Shown in pieces: positions 37,682 to 48,288 of a DNA stretch of 64,000 nt. A program made the position numbers and the translations under genes. Source of the DNA: an uncultured Planctomycetaceae bacterium (lineage in GTDB: Bacteria; Planctomycetota; Planctomycetia; Pirellulales; PALSA-1355); NCBI GenBank assembly GCA_963779015.1, contig CAVZWY010000011.1, forward strand, positions 20,344 through 84,343, read 5' to 3'. Within the stretch, counting starts at the first letter, position 1, and every line of letters begins with the position of its first letter. The notes beneath the pieces were generated by a model that was not told the DNA's origin, made no database searches, and saw only the letters and a program-made list of their open reading frames with translations.

Positions 37682-38055
37682 AATGGCTCATTGACAATGC
37701 GATCTCACCGCTCGTCAGCTCGGGTATGCAAGCCGCCGGCCACGATGCCGTTCACGTGCGGGACCGCGGAATGTCGAGCGCGAATGACGCGGAAATCTTC
37801 GATTTGGCGGCGCGGGAAAATCGCGTGATCGTTTCCGCGGATACGGATTTCGGCACGCTGCTGGCCCTACGTTCGGTTTCCAAGCCGTCCGTTGTGCTAT
37901 TTCGTGGAGCGACGCCGCGCCGACCAGCCGCTCAAGTCGCGCGGTTGCTCGCCAACTTGCCGAGTGTTGAAGACGCCCTAAACGCAGGGGCGATCGTTAT
38001 CATTGAGCCTGCGCGGCTGCGCATCCGCCCGTTGCCGATCATGCCAACGACTTGA
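37678..38055 (+). CDS. DUF5615 / Mut7-C-like PIN-fold protein (putative toxin), GTG start overlapping the DUF433 stop
   Basis: MKWLIDNAISPLV...DAEIFDLAARENRVIVSADTDFG; 4-nt overlap (GTGA) with the upstream gene. Confidence 0.6.
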   Translation: MKWLIDNAISPLVSSGMQAAGHDAVHVRDRGMSSANDAEIFDLAARENRVIVSADTDFGTLLALRSVSKPSVVLFRGATPRRPAAQVARLLANLPSVEDALNAGAIVIIEPARLRIRPLPIMPTT

Positions 38056-38176
38056 ATTTGGTTCCGCTAGTGGATTTGTCCTCGATGCTGCACGAGAATT
38101 GCTTGTGCCGGGCGTGCCCTGTGCAGTTACAATGTGACGCAACCGATGAGTTTCCCTCCCTCAAAAGGCCTCCTTC

Positions 38177-39680
38177 ATGATGAATCCATTGACCAATTGC
38201 AGCCGAATTCTTTCCTTCGTTGTCGCGACAATCGTGTTTTCCGCACTTCCCGTGCGGGCTGCCGACGACGAGTCGGGCTTCAAGCCAATTTTCAACGGCA
38301 AGAATCTCGACGGCTGGGATGGCCGACCCGAGTTTTGGAGCGTCGAGGACGGCGCGATCACGGGCCGGACCACCGCCGACAATCCGACCAAGGGCAATAC
38401 GTTCATCATCTGGCGCGAGGCGCCGGTCGATGATTTCGTGCTGCGGCTGAAGTACAAGATTGTCGGCGGCAACTCGGGCGTGCAATACCGCAGTAAGGAA
38501 GTGGATCCCTGGGTGATCTCCGGCTATCAGGCCGACATCGACTCGGGCGATACGTTCTCGGGCATCAACTACGAAGAGAAAGCCCGCGGCATCCTGGCGC
38601 AGCGCGGGCAGAAAGTCACGATCAAGGCCGACGGCACGAAGGACGCCAAACAGGTTGCCGACAGCAAGGAACTGCAAGCCAACATCAACAAGGAAGACTG
38701 GAACGACTACGAGATCATTGCCCAGGGCAACCACCTGACTCACAAGATCAACGGCAAGGTCACTTCGGAAGTAATCGACGAAGAGGCCGACAAACGAGCC
38801 GCCAGCGGGCTGCTGGCCTTGCAATTGCACGCCGGCCCGCCCATGGCCGTGCAATTCAAGGACGTGCGGCTGAAGCGACACGCGACTGGCCGATGGCAGC
38901 AAGAAGATCGTGCTGGTGGCCGGCACGCCCAGCCATGCGCCGGGCGATCATGAATTCAATGCCGGCGTGAAGCTGCTGGAAAAGTGCCTGCGGGAACAGC
39001 CGGGCATTGTCACCGCGGCCTACTTCAACGGCTGGCCGGCCGATCCCACGGCATTCGACAACGCCGATTCGATTCTGCTGTACATGGACGGCGGCGGCGG
39101 ACATCCGGTCATCAAGCGCAATCGCCTGGCCGAGATCGACCGGCTGATGCGTGGCGGCGTGGGCTTGTGCTGCGCGCACTACGCGGTGGAAGTGCCCAAG
39201 GAAAAAGGCGGCCCCGACTTGACCAAGTGGATCGGCGGGTTTTACGAGACGGGCTATTCGATCAATCCGCACTGGGACGCCACCTTCAGCAACCTGCCGA
39301 AGCATCCGGTGACGCGCGGTGTCGAGCCGTTCACGATCCGCGACGAGTGGTACTACAACATTCGCTTTCCCGAGGGGCAAAGCGGCATCGATGCGCTGCT
39401 GGTGGCCACTCCGCCCGACAATACACGGCGGACCGACGCGGCGAAGGAATATCCGGGGCGGGCTGAAGTCGTGGCCTGGGCGGTCGAGCGGCCCGACGGC
39501 GGCCGTGGCTTCGGATTCACCGGCGGCCACACGCACGCCAACTGGGGCAACGACAACTTCCGCAAGCTGGTGCTCAATGCCCTGCTGTGGACGGCCAAGG
39601 CCGACGTGCCGGCCGACGGCGTGCCGTCGAGCGTCACCGCCGACGATCTGACCAAGAACCTCGACCCGAAGGGGAAGTGA
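38177..39680 (+). CDS. Secreted DUF1080 (3-keto-disaccharide hydrolase-like) - ThuA domain fusion protein; apparent frameshift near 38885
   Basis: Signal peptide; FKPIFNGKNLDGWDG...LQLHAGPPMAVQFKDVRLK (DUF1080); VLVAGTPSHAPGDHEFNAG...GFGFTGGHTHANW (ThuA). Confidence 0.7.
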
Positions 39681-39828
39681 TCGCGCCACACGACGGTGTA
39701 GGAACCACATCGGCACGACGACGCGAAGAAACAAAAAAACGAGCCACAGTGCTCATCGAGGACACTAAGATCAGATCAGCCTCGGCTCCCTCACGTTCCA
39801 TCGAAAATCGAGAATCGGATACCGTCTT

Positions 39829-40068
39829 GTGTTAGTCGGCATGAGCGATAGCCGAGAAGACCGGTGGGAACGGAACCTTTCGCCTGGGTCCAAGCGATTC
39901 TTGGCGTGGTGGTGCATTGTAAGTGGTGCGATGGCCGTCTTACTCGCTCCAGCGGCATTGATTGACCGGCAATGGTTGGTCGGCGTCTCCCTTGCCTTCC
40001 GTGGCGCGCTGGGGATACTTGAATCAATTCGCCGACTACGCAGGATACTCCTTGACCGCCGCCCCTAA
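39829..40068 (+). CDS. Hypothetical small membrane protein
   Basis: 79 aa with two predicted TM segments; weak support. Confidence 0.2.
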   Translation: MLVGMSDSREDRWERNLSPGSKRFLAWWCIVSGAMAVLLAPAALIDRQWLVGVSLAFRGALGILESIRRLRRILLDRRP

Positions 40069-40180
40069 ACGCCGCTGACGCAACCCCGGCGGATTCTGCT
40101 CTCGGTGTGCTCGGTGGCTCATCCTCCTGGTATTTCGTCGTGCCGTTGATGTGTCGTCGTGATGATCTTCCGGCGTTGCA

Positions 40181-40843
40181 TCACGGAAAATCGAACAGTC
40201 TGCTCTTGTCGCGGTTCTCGTCGATCAGCTTGATGATGGCCGTTTTTTGGTTCTCCAGCGCGCGGTGTGCCGATTGGTACACACGGCGATCGGCGATGCG
40301 GTGCGCAAACCACGGCGCCGTGGTCAGAATCTTCTGCGTGAGCGTGAGCTCGACGACTGTGTTTTTCTCTTTTTCGTCGCGGGCAAAGCGCGTCGTCATC
40401 TTGTAGTCGAGCAACCGGTCGGACGGCTTGATCTGATCGGTCTTCGAAAACACTTCGTCGGGTGTAATCTTCACGTCCTGTGTCAGATCGACCAACGGCT
40501 TGCCTACGTATTCGTCGAGCGACTGCACCTTGAGCGTGCCGTGCAATTCCAGCCGCCAGTCTTTGAGGATATTGATCGAGTCGAGGCCGCCGCCCACCGA
40601 GCTCCAGCTTTCCTCGACGAACTTGCTGTCGCCGGCCATGGTGATGATCTGCTTGGTCGCCTCGGTGCGAACCAGAATCCGGCGCACCCTGGTGAAGTCG
40701 TCCGGCAGATGAAACGTCACTACGGCCGTTTGTTCGGTGGGATACTTGTTCGAAACCACCAGCGTGCTGGCCGCCAGCCCAATCGCCAACAGCAACAACA
40801 GGCCGGCGATGCCCATGAGGAGGTTGCTTCGTTTGCGCTTCAT
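40181..40843 (-). CDS. Hypothetical membrane-anchored protein (220 aa); the 615-aa ORF that extends it upstream is spurious
   Basis: MKRKRSNLLMGIAGLLLLLAIGLAAS (signal/anchor); ATG (rc) at 40841-40843. Confidence 0.5.
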   Translation of the reverse strand: MKRKRSNLLMGIAGLLLLLAIGLAASTLVVSNKYPTEQTAVVTFHLPDDFTRVRRILVRTEATKQIITMAGDSKFVEESWSSVGGGLDSINILKDWRLELHGTLKVQSLDEYVGKPLVDLTQDVKITPDEVFSKTDQIKPSDRLLDYKMTTRFARDEKEKNTVVELTLTQKILTTAPWFAHRIADRRVYQSAHRALENQKTAIIKLIDENRDKSRLFDFP

Positions 40844-40892
40844 GGCAGCTCGCTGAAACGGTGGGGAACGCGCCGCGGGCGATGAAGGGGCA

Positions 40893-42212
40893 CTAGATGC
40901 CGAATTGCCGCAGCACCAACTCACGGACGCCCGTGTCGGCCATCGCTTGTCCCACAAGCGTACCTCGCTGGGAGGCGATGAGCACGCCCCGTTGGCCTTC
41001 ATCGTATGGAGGGGCCCCATGAGAGCCCTTGACGAGCGTAGCATCCAGCGGAATGCTCTTGGTGGCCATGTCGACGTGCATTTCGACCGGATCATAGCCG
41101 GGTTTGCGGTGAATATCGACCGTGCGGGCGAATTTCGGCGCCTGGGCGTCATCCAGCCAGTAGTAATACGCCTGCCAACTGTTCGGCTCGGAGACGAGCA
41201 CGATCTCGCCGGAGGCGCTCGTGGTCGAGTTCGTATTTCCCGCGCTGGGGGCCGACCAGCACTTCGGCGACGCCAGGCCGGCGACGAAAGAGGTCGGCGA
41301 CTTTTTCGATCTGCGTCGAGTCGGCGACGAAGACGTGCGCCAGTTGATGGTCGGTGAGCGCCCAGGCGGCGCTCAACTTGAAGTCCAGCAGTTCGCCTTC
41401 CCCCTCGTCCGAAACTTGCAAAAAACCGGCATCGCGCAGCACGCGGTTCGGGTAGGTCACGTGGTTGACGGGCACGATCGTGTATTCGCTGGCCACCAGC
41501 CACAATGGACGCTCGGCGCATAGGCGGCCTCGACCGCGGCTTGCAGCTTGGCGATTTCGCCGTCGAGATCCGCCAGGGCTTGCCGCGCTGAGTCGCTATC
41601 GGGCCCGGTTTTTTGCGTGGCGTAGTCGAGGTGTGGGAAGTAGATGTAGAAGAAGTTGGGACGCCATGCATGGGAAGCCCAAGCGGCCGATGCGGCGATC
41701 CAGGCGCTCGACTTGATGTTGGCCATGGGGCCCCAGAAATGCTGCAGCGGAAAGTGCCCCAATTGGTCGCGCAGCGCGCCATACGATTCCGTGGGCTTGG
41801 TGTAACACCACAGCGACTCGCTGCCGTCGGGATTGTGAATCGGCGCGGGTATGCACACGTAGTCGGCGCCGCAACCCTTGCTGTGCAGTGCAAACCACAC
41901 CGCCGAGGTGAGCGCCGGGTCGTGCTGGTGCAGCGTGTCCCAGATTTGCGGGCGCTGAATGCAGTCGTTCCAGGCCGTCCACATCTCCACTTCGTGCTTG
42001 TCGCGCCAATAGAAACCGTTGGCAACAACGCCGTGCTCGCGGGGCGTTGTGCCGGTGGTCATGTTGGCCTGCACCGGACAAGTGACGCAGGGAAAGCTGG
42101 GCACGAGGCTCACCACGTCGCCCGCTTCGGCCAACCGGGCAAGCGCCGGCATCGCGGCAAGGTCCTGTTTTCGCAGCCCGGGAATCGATAGCAGGACGAC
42201 GTGCTCGCTCAT
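40893..42212 (-). CDS. Alkaline-phosphatase-superfamily type I phosphodiesterase / nucleotide pyrophosphatase; two apparent frameshifts (near 41490 and near 41180)
   Basis: [10 protein letters not shown]...AMPAL...[12 protein letters not shown] (metal/Thr nucleophile region) and a C-terminal GSHG motif; three collinear ORF fragments. Confidence 0.6.
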
Positions 42213-42261
42213 GAATCTCGGTACCTCGGGAGAAGTCGAAACCGCGGCGCGATACCGCGCG

Positions 42262-42867
42262 TCATGGCTCGCTCGTGACCGCGGCCGATGCGGAGGCTTG
42301 CCGCTCCTCGGAATTCGGCCGGGGCGGAAGCTGGTCGATCACCACGAACTCGTAGCCTCCGTCGTCCCTGTTGGCCTGAATCTGGAAGCGCGTCAGTTCG
42401 ATGTCGCGCGGCTCATGCCCGGCGAACTCGATTTCCAAGTCTTCCATCTGTCGTTGTACTTGCGTCGGAAAGTAGTGCGTCAATTCTTTTCCGGCCGTGG
42501 CAATGCCCGCCTTGCGGAGCAGACGCCGATCGGCGGCGTGCAACTCGCCGGACTTCCAACCGAGGTACAAGCGAACTTCTTCGCTCCGCTGGCCGATGCG
42601 CTTCTCGGGCCGCGGCTTGGTCAGTCGGGCGATATACTCGACGCGGCCCGCTTTGGAAACGGCCGCCACTTCAATCTCGAAATAGTCGAGTTGTCGCGCG
42701 TATTCTTCCAAAGTGATGCCGTCGTCGAAGCGAATCTCCCATTCCTTTTCGTGCGCTCGATCCACCTCGATCGCCGGATCGGATCCAGGCGCCGGTGTCG
42801 GCTCGTTGGCCGCCAGGGTCGCCACGCTCAGCAGTCCGGCCAATAACGTTCCACACACTTTCCGCAT
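42262..42867 (-). CDS. Secreted hypothetical protein
   Basis: Signal peptide [20 protein letters not shown]; 201 aa. Confidence 0.5.
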   Translation of the reverse strand: MRKVCGTLLAGLLSVATLAANEPTPAPGSDPAIEVDRAHEKEWEIRFDDGITLEEYARQLDYFEIEVAAVSKAGRVEYIARLTKPRPEKRIGQRSEEVRLYLGWKSGELHAADRRLLRKAGIATAGKELTHYFPTQVQRQMEDLEIEFAGHEPRDIELTRFQIQANRDDGGYEFVVIDQLPPRPNSEERQASASAAVTSEP

Positions 42868-42971
42868 TGCTTCCGCCTCCTACAGACTGTTCCCGCCTTA
42901 TGTCAATGTATCTGGCCGAGCGCACGACGGAAAGCCGCAACCAGCCATGCGAGCGGCATTTCCGAGGGGCC

Positions 42972-43883
42972 CTATGTGGAGTAGACCCACCGTCCCAGCA
43001 CGATCGTGGGCAGCAACAGCGCCACGATGGCCAGCGCCCACAGCCGATCCTGCACGGCCAGTACGGCGCCGGCGTCGAGGATCACCAGGGCAAAGATGCA
43101 ATTGCGCACCGCCGCTTGCACGTAGGCCGGGTGCGGATTGAGCACGGCCCACGCACATCGCCAGCCGACCAACGCGGCGATCACTCCCCAAAACAGATAC
43201 CAGCGCTGGGGCGCGCCAACCGGCGGCCATTCGTTTCCGTCGGCCCACTCGGGCGTGGAACACAACAGGGCGATGCCCGCCAGCAGGATCGCCAGGCCGA
43301 GCGCCAGTTGCAGCCGGCCGCTGGTGCGGGCTTCGCTGCGGGCGAATAACGTCACGCCCATGACATAGGTTCCGACTCCGCCCGCCACGGCCCAGTGCAC
43401 CGGCTGCCACGGGCCTTCGGCCAGGCTCATTCCCAAGAGCACATTGAGCGTGCGGCACGCGCCCATGGCCACGGGGGCGGCGACGGTTTGCTTGATCAGA
43501 CCGTCGTAAACGAACACGGCCGTGGCCAGTAGTGTCGCCAGGATGGCCGGCCAGGCGTTTTCGGTCACCGAACTGGCAATCCAGCCGGTGGCCATTCCCA
43601 ACAGCATGAGCGTGATGCCGACGCGCAGCGCCGTCGTGGCGTCGATTCGTCCGGAGGGGATCGGCCGCTCGGGGCGTTCGCGCGTGTCTTGCTCGCGGTC
43701 GAAATAGTCGTTGAGCACCATGCCCGACAGGTACAGCATGCTGGAAGCCGCCAGCAGCAACACGAACGGTCCCAAGGGGTCCAGGCCGCGGTGGGTGAAC
43801 AGAAACCCTAGCAGAATGTCGGCCATCGCCGTGAAGACGTTGGGCACGCGCACAAGTTCGAGATAGGCGCGCATGAATCGCAT
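42972..43883 (-). CDS. UbiA-family prenyltransferase
   Basis: VLNDYFDREQD (NDxxDxxxD), 8-9 TM helices, second Asp-rich motif YDGLIKQ. Confidence 0.75.
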   Translation of the reverse strand: MRFMRAYLELVRVPNVFTAMADILLGFLFTHRGLDPLGPFVLLLAASSMLYLSGMVLNDYFDREQDTRERPERPIPSGRIDATTALRVGITLMLLGMATGWIASSVTENAWPAILATLLATAVFVYDGLIKQTVAAPVAMGACRTLNVLLGMSLAEGPWQPVHWAVAGGVGTYVMGVTLFARSEARTSGRLQLALGLAILLAGIALLCSTPEWADGNEWPPVGAPQRWYLFWGVIAALVGWRCAWAVLNPHPAYVQAAVRNCIFALVILDAGAVLAVQDRLWALAIVALLLPTIVLGRWVYST

Positions 43884-43900
43884 CCCAGCAAGCGGGAACG

Positions 43901-44760
43901 TTAGTCGAGCGGCAGGTCGAGCCGGGCCAGCAATGCGGTCATGTAGCGATACGCCTCGGCCGCCGCGTCGTCGGGGTTGTCGATGTACGGATAAAGTTCG
44001 ACAGTCAGGAATCCATCATAGCCGCTGGCGGCGATAGCGCGCACCGTCGCCTCGAAATCGATGGCGCCGTGTCCGGGAATCAAATGCCGATGGACGCGTG
44101 TGGGGGCGATGTCCTCGAAGTGGTAGTGCCGGGTATGCTTTTGCATCTTGGCCACCCAGTCCTGCGGATCTTCGTGCATGCAAAAAGCGTGGCCCACGTC
44201 GAAGTTCAACCCAACCCACGGCGAGTCGATCCGCTTGATGAACTCCAAATATTCCTCGAACCGCTCGATCATCAGATCCGGCTCGGGCTCGATCAGCAAC
44301 AGCACCTGCACCTGCTCGGCCACTTCGATGCAGGGCATCAGTTCGTCGTAGAAAATCTGCGCCGCCTCGTGCCAGTCTCGCTCGGGCGTGAGCCGTCCGC
44401 CGGGTTCGGTGGTAATCGACGGGCGCCCAGCTCGGCGGCCAGTTTGAGGGCACGCTTGGTGTGCTCGCGGCGGATGGCCCGATAGTGGCGGTCAAGATCC
44501 GTCCAGCCGGGATACCAGTAAGGCTGCCGCGGATCGGCCACGGCGTTCATCATGAAGGCGTTGACGTTGGAGATCTCAAGCTGGTGCTTTTCCAGGTGAC
44601 GGCGGATCGACTCCTTGCGCTCGTCGAGCAAGCCGGCCGGCCAGGCGTGCGGCACGTCGGCCAGGATTTCGATGCCCGTGTAGCCGAAGCCGGCGATCTT
44701 CTCGATGGTCTGCTCGATCGAGAAGTGCATGTACGCATTGGAACTGAAAGCAAGCTTCAT
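43901..44760 (-). CDS. Sugar phosphate isomerase/epimerase (xylose-isomerase-like TIM barrel); apparent frameshift near 44400
   Basis: MKLAFSSNAY...GYTGIEIL and VGLNFDVGHAF...GHGAIDF in two ORF pieces. Confidence 0.65.
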
Positions 44761-44900
44761 GGGGCGATTACAGAATGGAAGTGGACCAAGGCGGGGGCCA
44801 GGGGCAAGTCGATCGTCACGCAATTGTAGCTTGCCGCCGGCAGGGCCGAAACTCGAATCCTTCGGTGCGGCCGCTTGCCGTGGCGACGGCGGATTCTCGA

Positions 44901-46241
44901 CTATTCGTCGGCAGCCGATGCGTCGGCGGCGGGACGCGGCTCCGCAGGCCTTTTGTCGGCGCGGCTGATGATGACTTGCAGCGCGCCGCGGTTGTCGGCC
45001 AGCGCATTCCAGTCGTCACGGCAGCGCAGGTAGAGCCGACCGGCGGCGGGCGGATGAAACGTGCCCGACTTGCCGAGCGGAAAGGGTTCGCTCAATTCGT
45101 AGTTCGAGAAGATCACGCCTTCGAGCCGACCTTGGCCATCGGCGTCGCCATCGGCGGTTGTTCTCGGCACGTCTTTGCCGAGCGACCAGGCGCCGCCCGT
45201 TTGATAGTCGTAGGCCACATCCGGCGAAACGATGGCGCCGGAACCTTGCCAGCCGCGCTGCGCGGCGATGCGCGAACGGCTGGGAAATTCGCTCGGCTCG
45301 TCGAACTTGCGACGCCACTCCCAGGCGCACAAGTCCACGCGATAGCCATTGTCGACGTGCGCGAGGAAGAAACGATATTCGAACGCCAGCTCGCGCATCA
45401 TCGGGCCGTACACGTCGATGAACCGTACATTTTGTCCGGTCAAATAGCCCAGGCCCAGCGGCTGAAAGCGGCTGCTGTAGTTGGGATTGTTTTCCAACAG
45501 ATGGCACAGCGCCCAGCGCCAGGCATAGTTCTGCCACGAGTCGCCGGTAGCGGCGGCAGGCCGGCCGGGGCGATCGACGTCTTCTCCCAGGATGGCGCGC
45601 AACGGCTTGGGGCGAGTGGTGCGCAGGTGCTTGATGAAGTAGTCGGGGCAATCGACGCTGCGATCGTCGGGACGCCAGTAGTTGGCCAGTTCGGCCATGC
45701 CCTCGGAATACCACAGCGGCCCGACGCGCCCGAAGGTTTGCCCGCAATAGGCGTGCACGGCCTCGTGGTTGGGCGTGCCGCGATCGGCCACGGCATAGAC
45801 CACGGCCTTGGCCGCCACGACCTCATCGCCCCGGTTTAGCGTTTCGACGAGCGTGATGCCGGCGTCCTCGGCGATCTTTGCCCGGCCCACCGGTTCGAGC
45901 GCGTCGGCCGGCCAGTTGGCGAGATCTTCAACGACGTACATTTCGATGGTGCCGTTGAGCGGCTGGCCCCAATACTTCGCGATAAGGCCCAACATCTTTT
46001 CCAAGCGCCGCAGCAACTTGTGCGCTTCGACGGCCGTCAGGTCGGTGTGAATCTCGAAGTTTTTCGACTTGTAATCCTGCGGCCGGCGAGCGGTCGGCGC
46101 CGGGACGGTCTGCTTCGGCGCATCGGACGGGCCGGGCAGTTCGACTTGTGCGTGCGCCGAGGAGGCGAGAAGCAACGCGAGCGCAACCACGCAGCAGTTC
46201 GCGGCATGCAGAGCCCAGCGGTTGGCGGCGGATCGACGCAT
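44901..46241 (-). CDS. Secreted hypothetical protein with HEAVH motif (possible zincin-like), intact 446 aa
   Basis: Signal peptide; NHEAVHAYCGQTFG...SEGMAE is a possible HExxH...E arrangement. Confidence 0.45.
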   Translation of the reverse strand: MRRSAANRWALHAANCCVVALALLLASSAHAQVELPGPSDAPKQTVPAPTARRPQDYKSKNFEIHTDLTAVEAHKLLRRLEKMLGLIAKYWGQPLNGTIEMYVVEDLANWPADALEPVGRAKIAEDAGITLVETLNRGDEVVAAKAVVYAVADRGTPNHEAVHAYCGQTFGRVGPLWYSEGMAELANYWRPDDRSVDCPDYFIKHLRTTRPKPLRAILGEDVDRPGRPAAATGDSWQNYAWRWALCHLLENNPNYSSRFQPLGLGYLTGQNVRFIDVYGPMMRELAFEYRFFLAHVDNGYRVDLCAWEWRRKFDEPSEFPSRSRIAAQRGWQGSGAIVSPDVAYDYQTGGAWSLGKDVPRTTADGDADGQGRLEGVIFSNYELSEPFPLGKSGTFHPPAAGRLYLRCRDDWNALADNRGALQVIISRADKRPAEPRPAADASAADE

Positions 46242-46454
46242 GACTCGATTCTACTTCAAGCGGGCGAATTCGGCCAAATCCCGCGGTAGCCGACGTCGCG
46301 AGTCTGCGGATTGGAATCGACCGAATTCTGGCGAATTCAGCGTCGAATCATGATTGCAAGCGCGAAAAAAACCGGCGACCTGGCCGTCCCAGGGGCTAAA
46401 GCCAGATCGCCGGTTGCATTCCACGGTCGCGAGCCGGACGCTCGCCGTGCCGTC

Positions 46455-47096
46455 TTATTCGGGCTTGGAGTACTTCAGCGGGAAGCTGCACTGGTACATG
46501 TCGAAGATGGTCACGTAGGCCGTGCCCTCGTTGTCTTCGACGTCCTTGACTTCCAGCGCGATGGGCTGGGTGCCGGGGCCGACGCCCTCGCCAATCTGCA
46601 CGTCCAACAGCGGCTTTTCGTCGCTGCCATAGGCATACATGTGCCACACGTCGTCATCGGTGTGGCGGGCGGCCAGCGTCAGGTAGCCAACTTCCTGCTC
46701 CGTGCCGTCCTGGCCAGAGAACTTGATCGTGCGCATCTTGGCGGGATCGACCGGCTTGCCGTCGATGACCGGAGCAAAACCCTTCGACATGAACAAGTGA
46801 CCCAACGGAGCGCCGGGATCCGAATTAACGGCTTCATTCTCGGGCGTGATTTCCGACTGCGGAACGATGATCAAACCCACCGGCTCGCCGACGTCCATGA
46901 ACACGCCGCACGACTTTTCCAAGTCGGGCTCGATCTTCACTTGCGGTTTTTCGATTTCCTCGGCGGATTCGCACAGGGCTTGCGCGAAGGCTTGCGCGAT
47001 TTGCGGATCGAGGATTTCCAGATCCATGGCAGAGGCCGACGCCGCGCCCACGCTGCACGCCACGAGGGCGCCGAAGCCCAATACATACTTCTTCAT
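46455..47096 (-). CDS. Secreted hypothetical protein
   Basis: Signal peptide MKKYVLGFGALVACSVGAASASA; 213 aa. Confidence 0.5.
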   Translation of the reverse strand: MKKYVLGFGALVACSVGAASASAMDLEILDPQIAQAFAQALCESAEEIEKPQVKIEPDLEKSCGVFMDVGEPVGLIIVPQSEITPENEAVNSDPGAPLGHLFMSKGFAPVIDGKPVDPAKMRTIKFSGQDGTEQEVGYLTLAARHTDDDVWHMYAYGSDEKPLLDVQIGEGVGPGTQPIALEVKDVEDNEGTAYVTIFDMYQCSFPLKYSKPE

Positions 47097-47521
47097 ACGA
47101 ATTCTCCGTCTCAGGGGACCAGTGACTATGAATTGGCGCGCTACGGTGTTCGGCCGGCAACACGCCGGGCTAGGGCGACCAACTTGGTGGACAGATAATC
47201 AGAATACACGTGCCGAGGGCCGCTGCAAGTATTTTGCAGGCGATAGCCGGATTTTCCCGTAATCGGGGGGCGAACCCACCGGCAGCGATAGCAACAGCCG
47301 GCCCGCGCCGGTGTTGGCCTGACCCTGGCTGTACCCATAGGTGCTGTACCCATAGAATGCAGTCAGGGTTTCGCTGCGGCGTCGCCGCCCAAGCACCCGC
47401 CTATTCGCTTTGGCCGGCCGAATCTTGGCATCTTGTCCCCGGAGAATTGCGCGTGCCCTTCACTTTTGACGAGCGTTCAGCGACCAATCGGTGCAATACG
47501 CCTGCGAACGCCTCGGGCCGG

Positions 47522-48070
47522 ATGGCTGCCGGGGTGATCGCGGCGGTCCTGCTGCTGGCTGCGGGCTGCGGGCGTCCGGTCGCTTCGGAGACGCCAACTG
47601 CCGACGTCGCCACAACCGCGAACCCGGTCGCGGACACCGCGAACCAAGAGGAGCCCAAGTTCGTGCCCAAGATCAATAAGACCGACGAAGAGTGGCGCCA
47701 GTTGCTGACGCCCGAGCAGTTCGAGGTCACCCGCCGCGCCGGGACGGAGCGTCCTTTCACGGGCGAATTCTGGAACCACAAGGAGCAGGGCGCCTACAAG
47801 TGCGTCGCCTGCGGCGCGCCGCTGTTCACGTCCGAAACCAAATACGACTCGGGCTGCGGCTGGCCCAGCTTCTACGCCGCCAGCAATCCCGAGAACATCC
47901 ACATGCTGGAAGACAACAAGTACGGCATGACTCGCACCGAAGTCCGCTGCGAAAACTGCGGCGCCCACCTCGGCCACATCTTCGACGACGGCCCCCAGCC
48001 AACCGGCCAACGCTACTGCATGAACTCCGCGGCGCTAGCGTTTGAGAAGAAGGAAGAGGGGGAGAAGTGA
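47522..48070 (+). CDS. msrB: Peptide-methionine (R)-S-oxide reductase MsrB, lipoprotein
   Basis: Lipobox LLLAAGC; CVACGAPLF...GCGWPSF...[17 protein letters not shown]. Confidence 0.85.
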   Translation: MAAGVIAAVLLLAAGCGRPVASETPTADVATTANPVADTANQEEPKFVPKINKTDEEWRQLLTPEQFEVTRRAGTERPFTGEFWNHKEQGAYKCVACGAPLFTSETKYDSGCGWPSFYAASNPENIHMLEDNKYGMTRTEVRCENCGAHLGHIFDDGPQPTGQRYCMNSAALAFEKKEEGEK

Positions 48071-48157
48071 AAGCGCCGCCGCAGCCGCGCAGCGGCGATA
48101 GCATTTAGCCACGGGCGTGAGCCCGTGGAACGTATGACAACGGAACCCGTTCAAATG

Positions 48158-48212
48158 AAGCCGCGTAGCGGCGACACACCGTCGCCGCTACGCGGCTTTA
48201 ACGCTTTGCATT
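48158..48212. terminator. Bidirectional intrinsic terminator between convergent msrB and the flotillin gene
   Basis: Perfect 18-bp stem aagccgcgtagcggcgac / gtcgccgctacgcggctt with a 5-nt loop, followed by tttaacgcttt; additional hairpins at 48109-48128 and 48224-48241. Confidence 0.5.
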
Positions 48213-48288
48213 TGGCTGGTGACGGTGGGTTCGCGCCCACCGCTTCATAATGTCGCCGCTCTCGCGGCTGACGAAACCGGAAGGTGGT

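Noticed and set aside
40181-42028. 615-aa minus-strand ORF, and similar long ORFs at 18859-20253(-), 1681-2964(-), 48607-49902(+), 6007-7047(+) and 23752-25653(+)
   Set aside because: These are antisense to, or out of frame with, well-supported genes (phosphodiesterase, cysE, ATP synthase beta, flotillin and others). Their composition is Arg/Ala/Gly-rich, typical of spurious open frames in 65% GC DNA. Only the last 220 codons of the 40181-42028 ORF look genuine.
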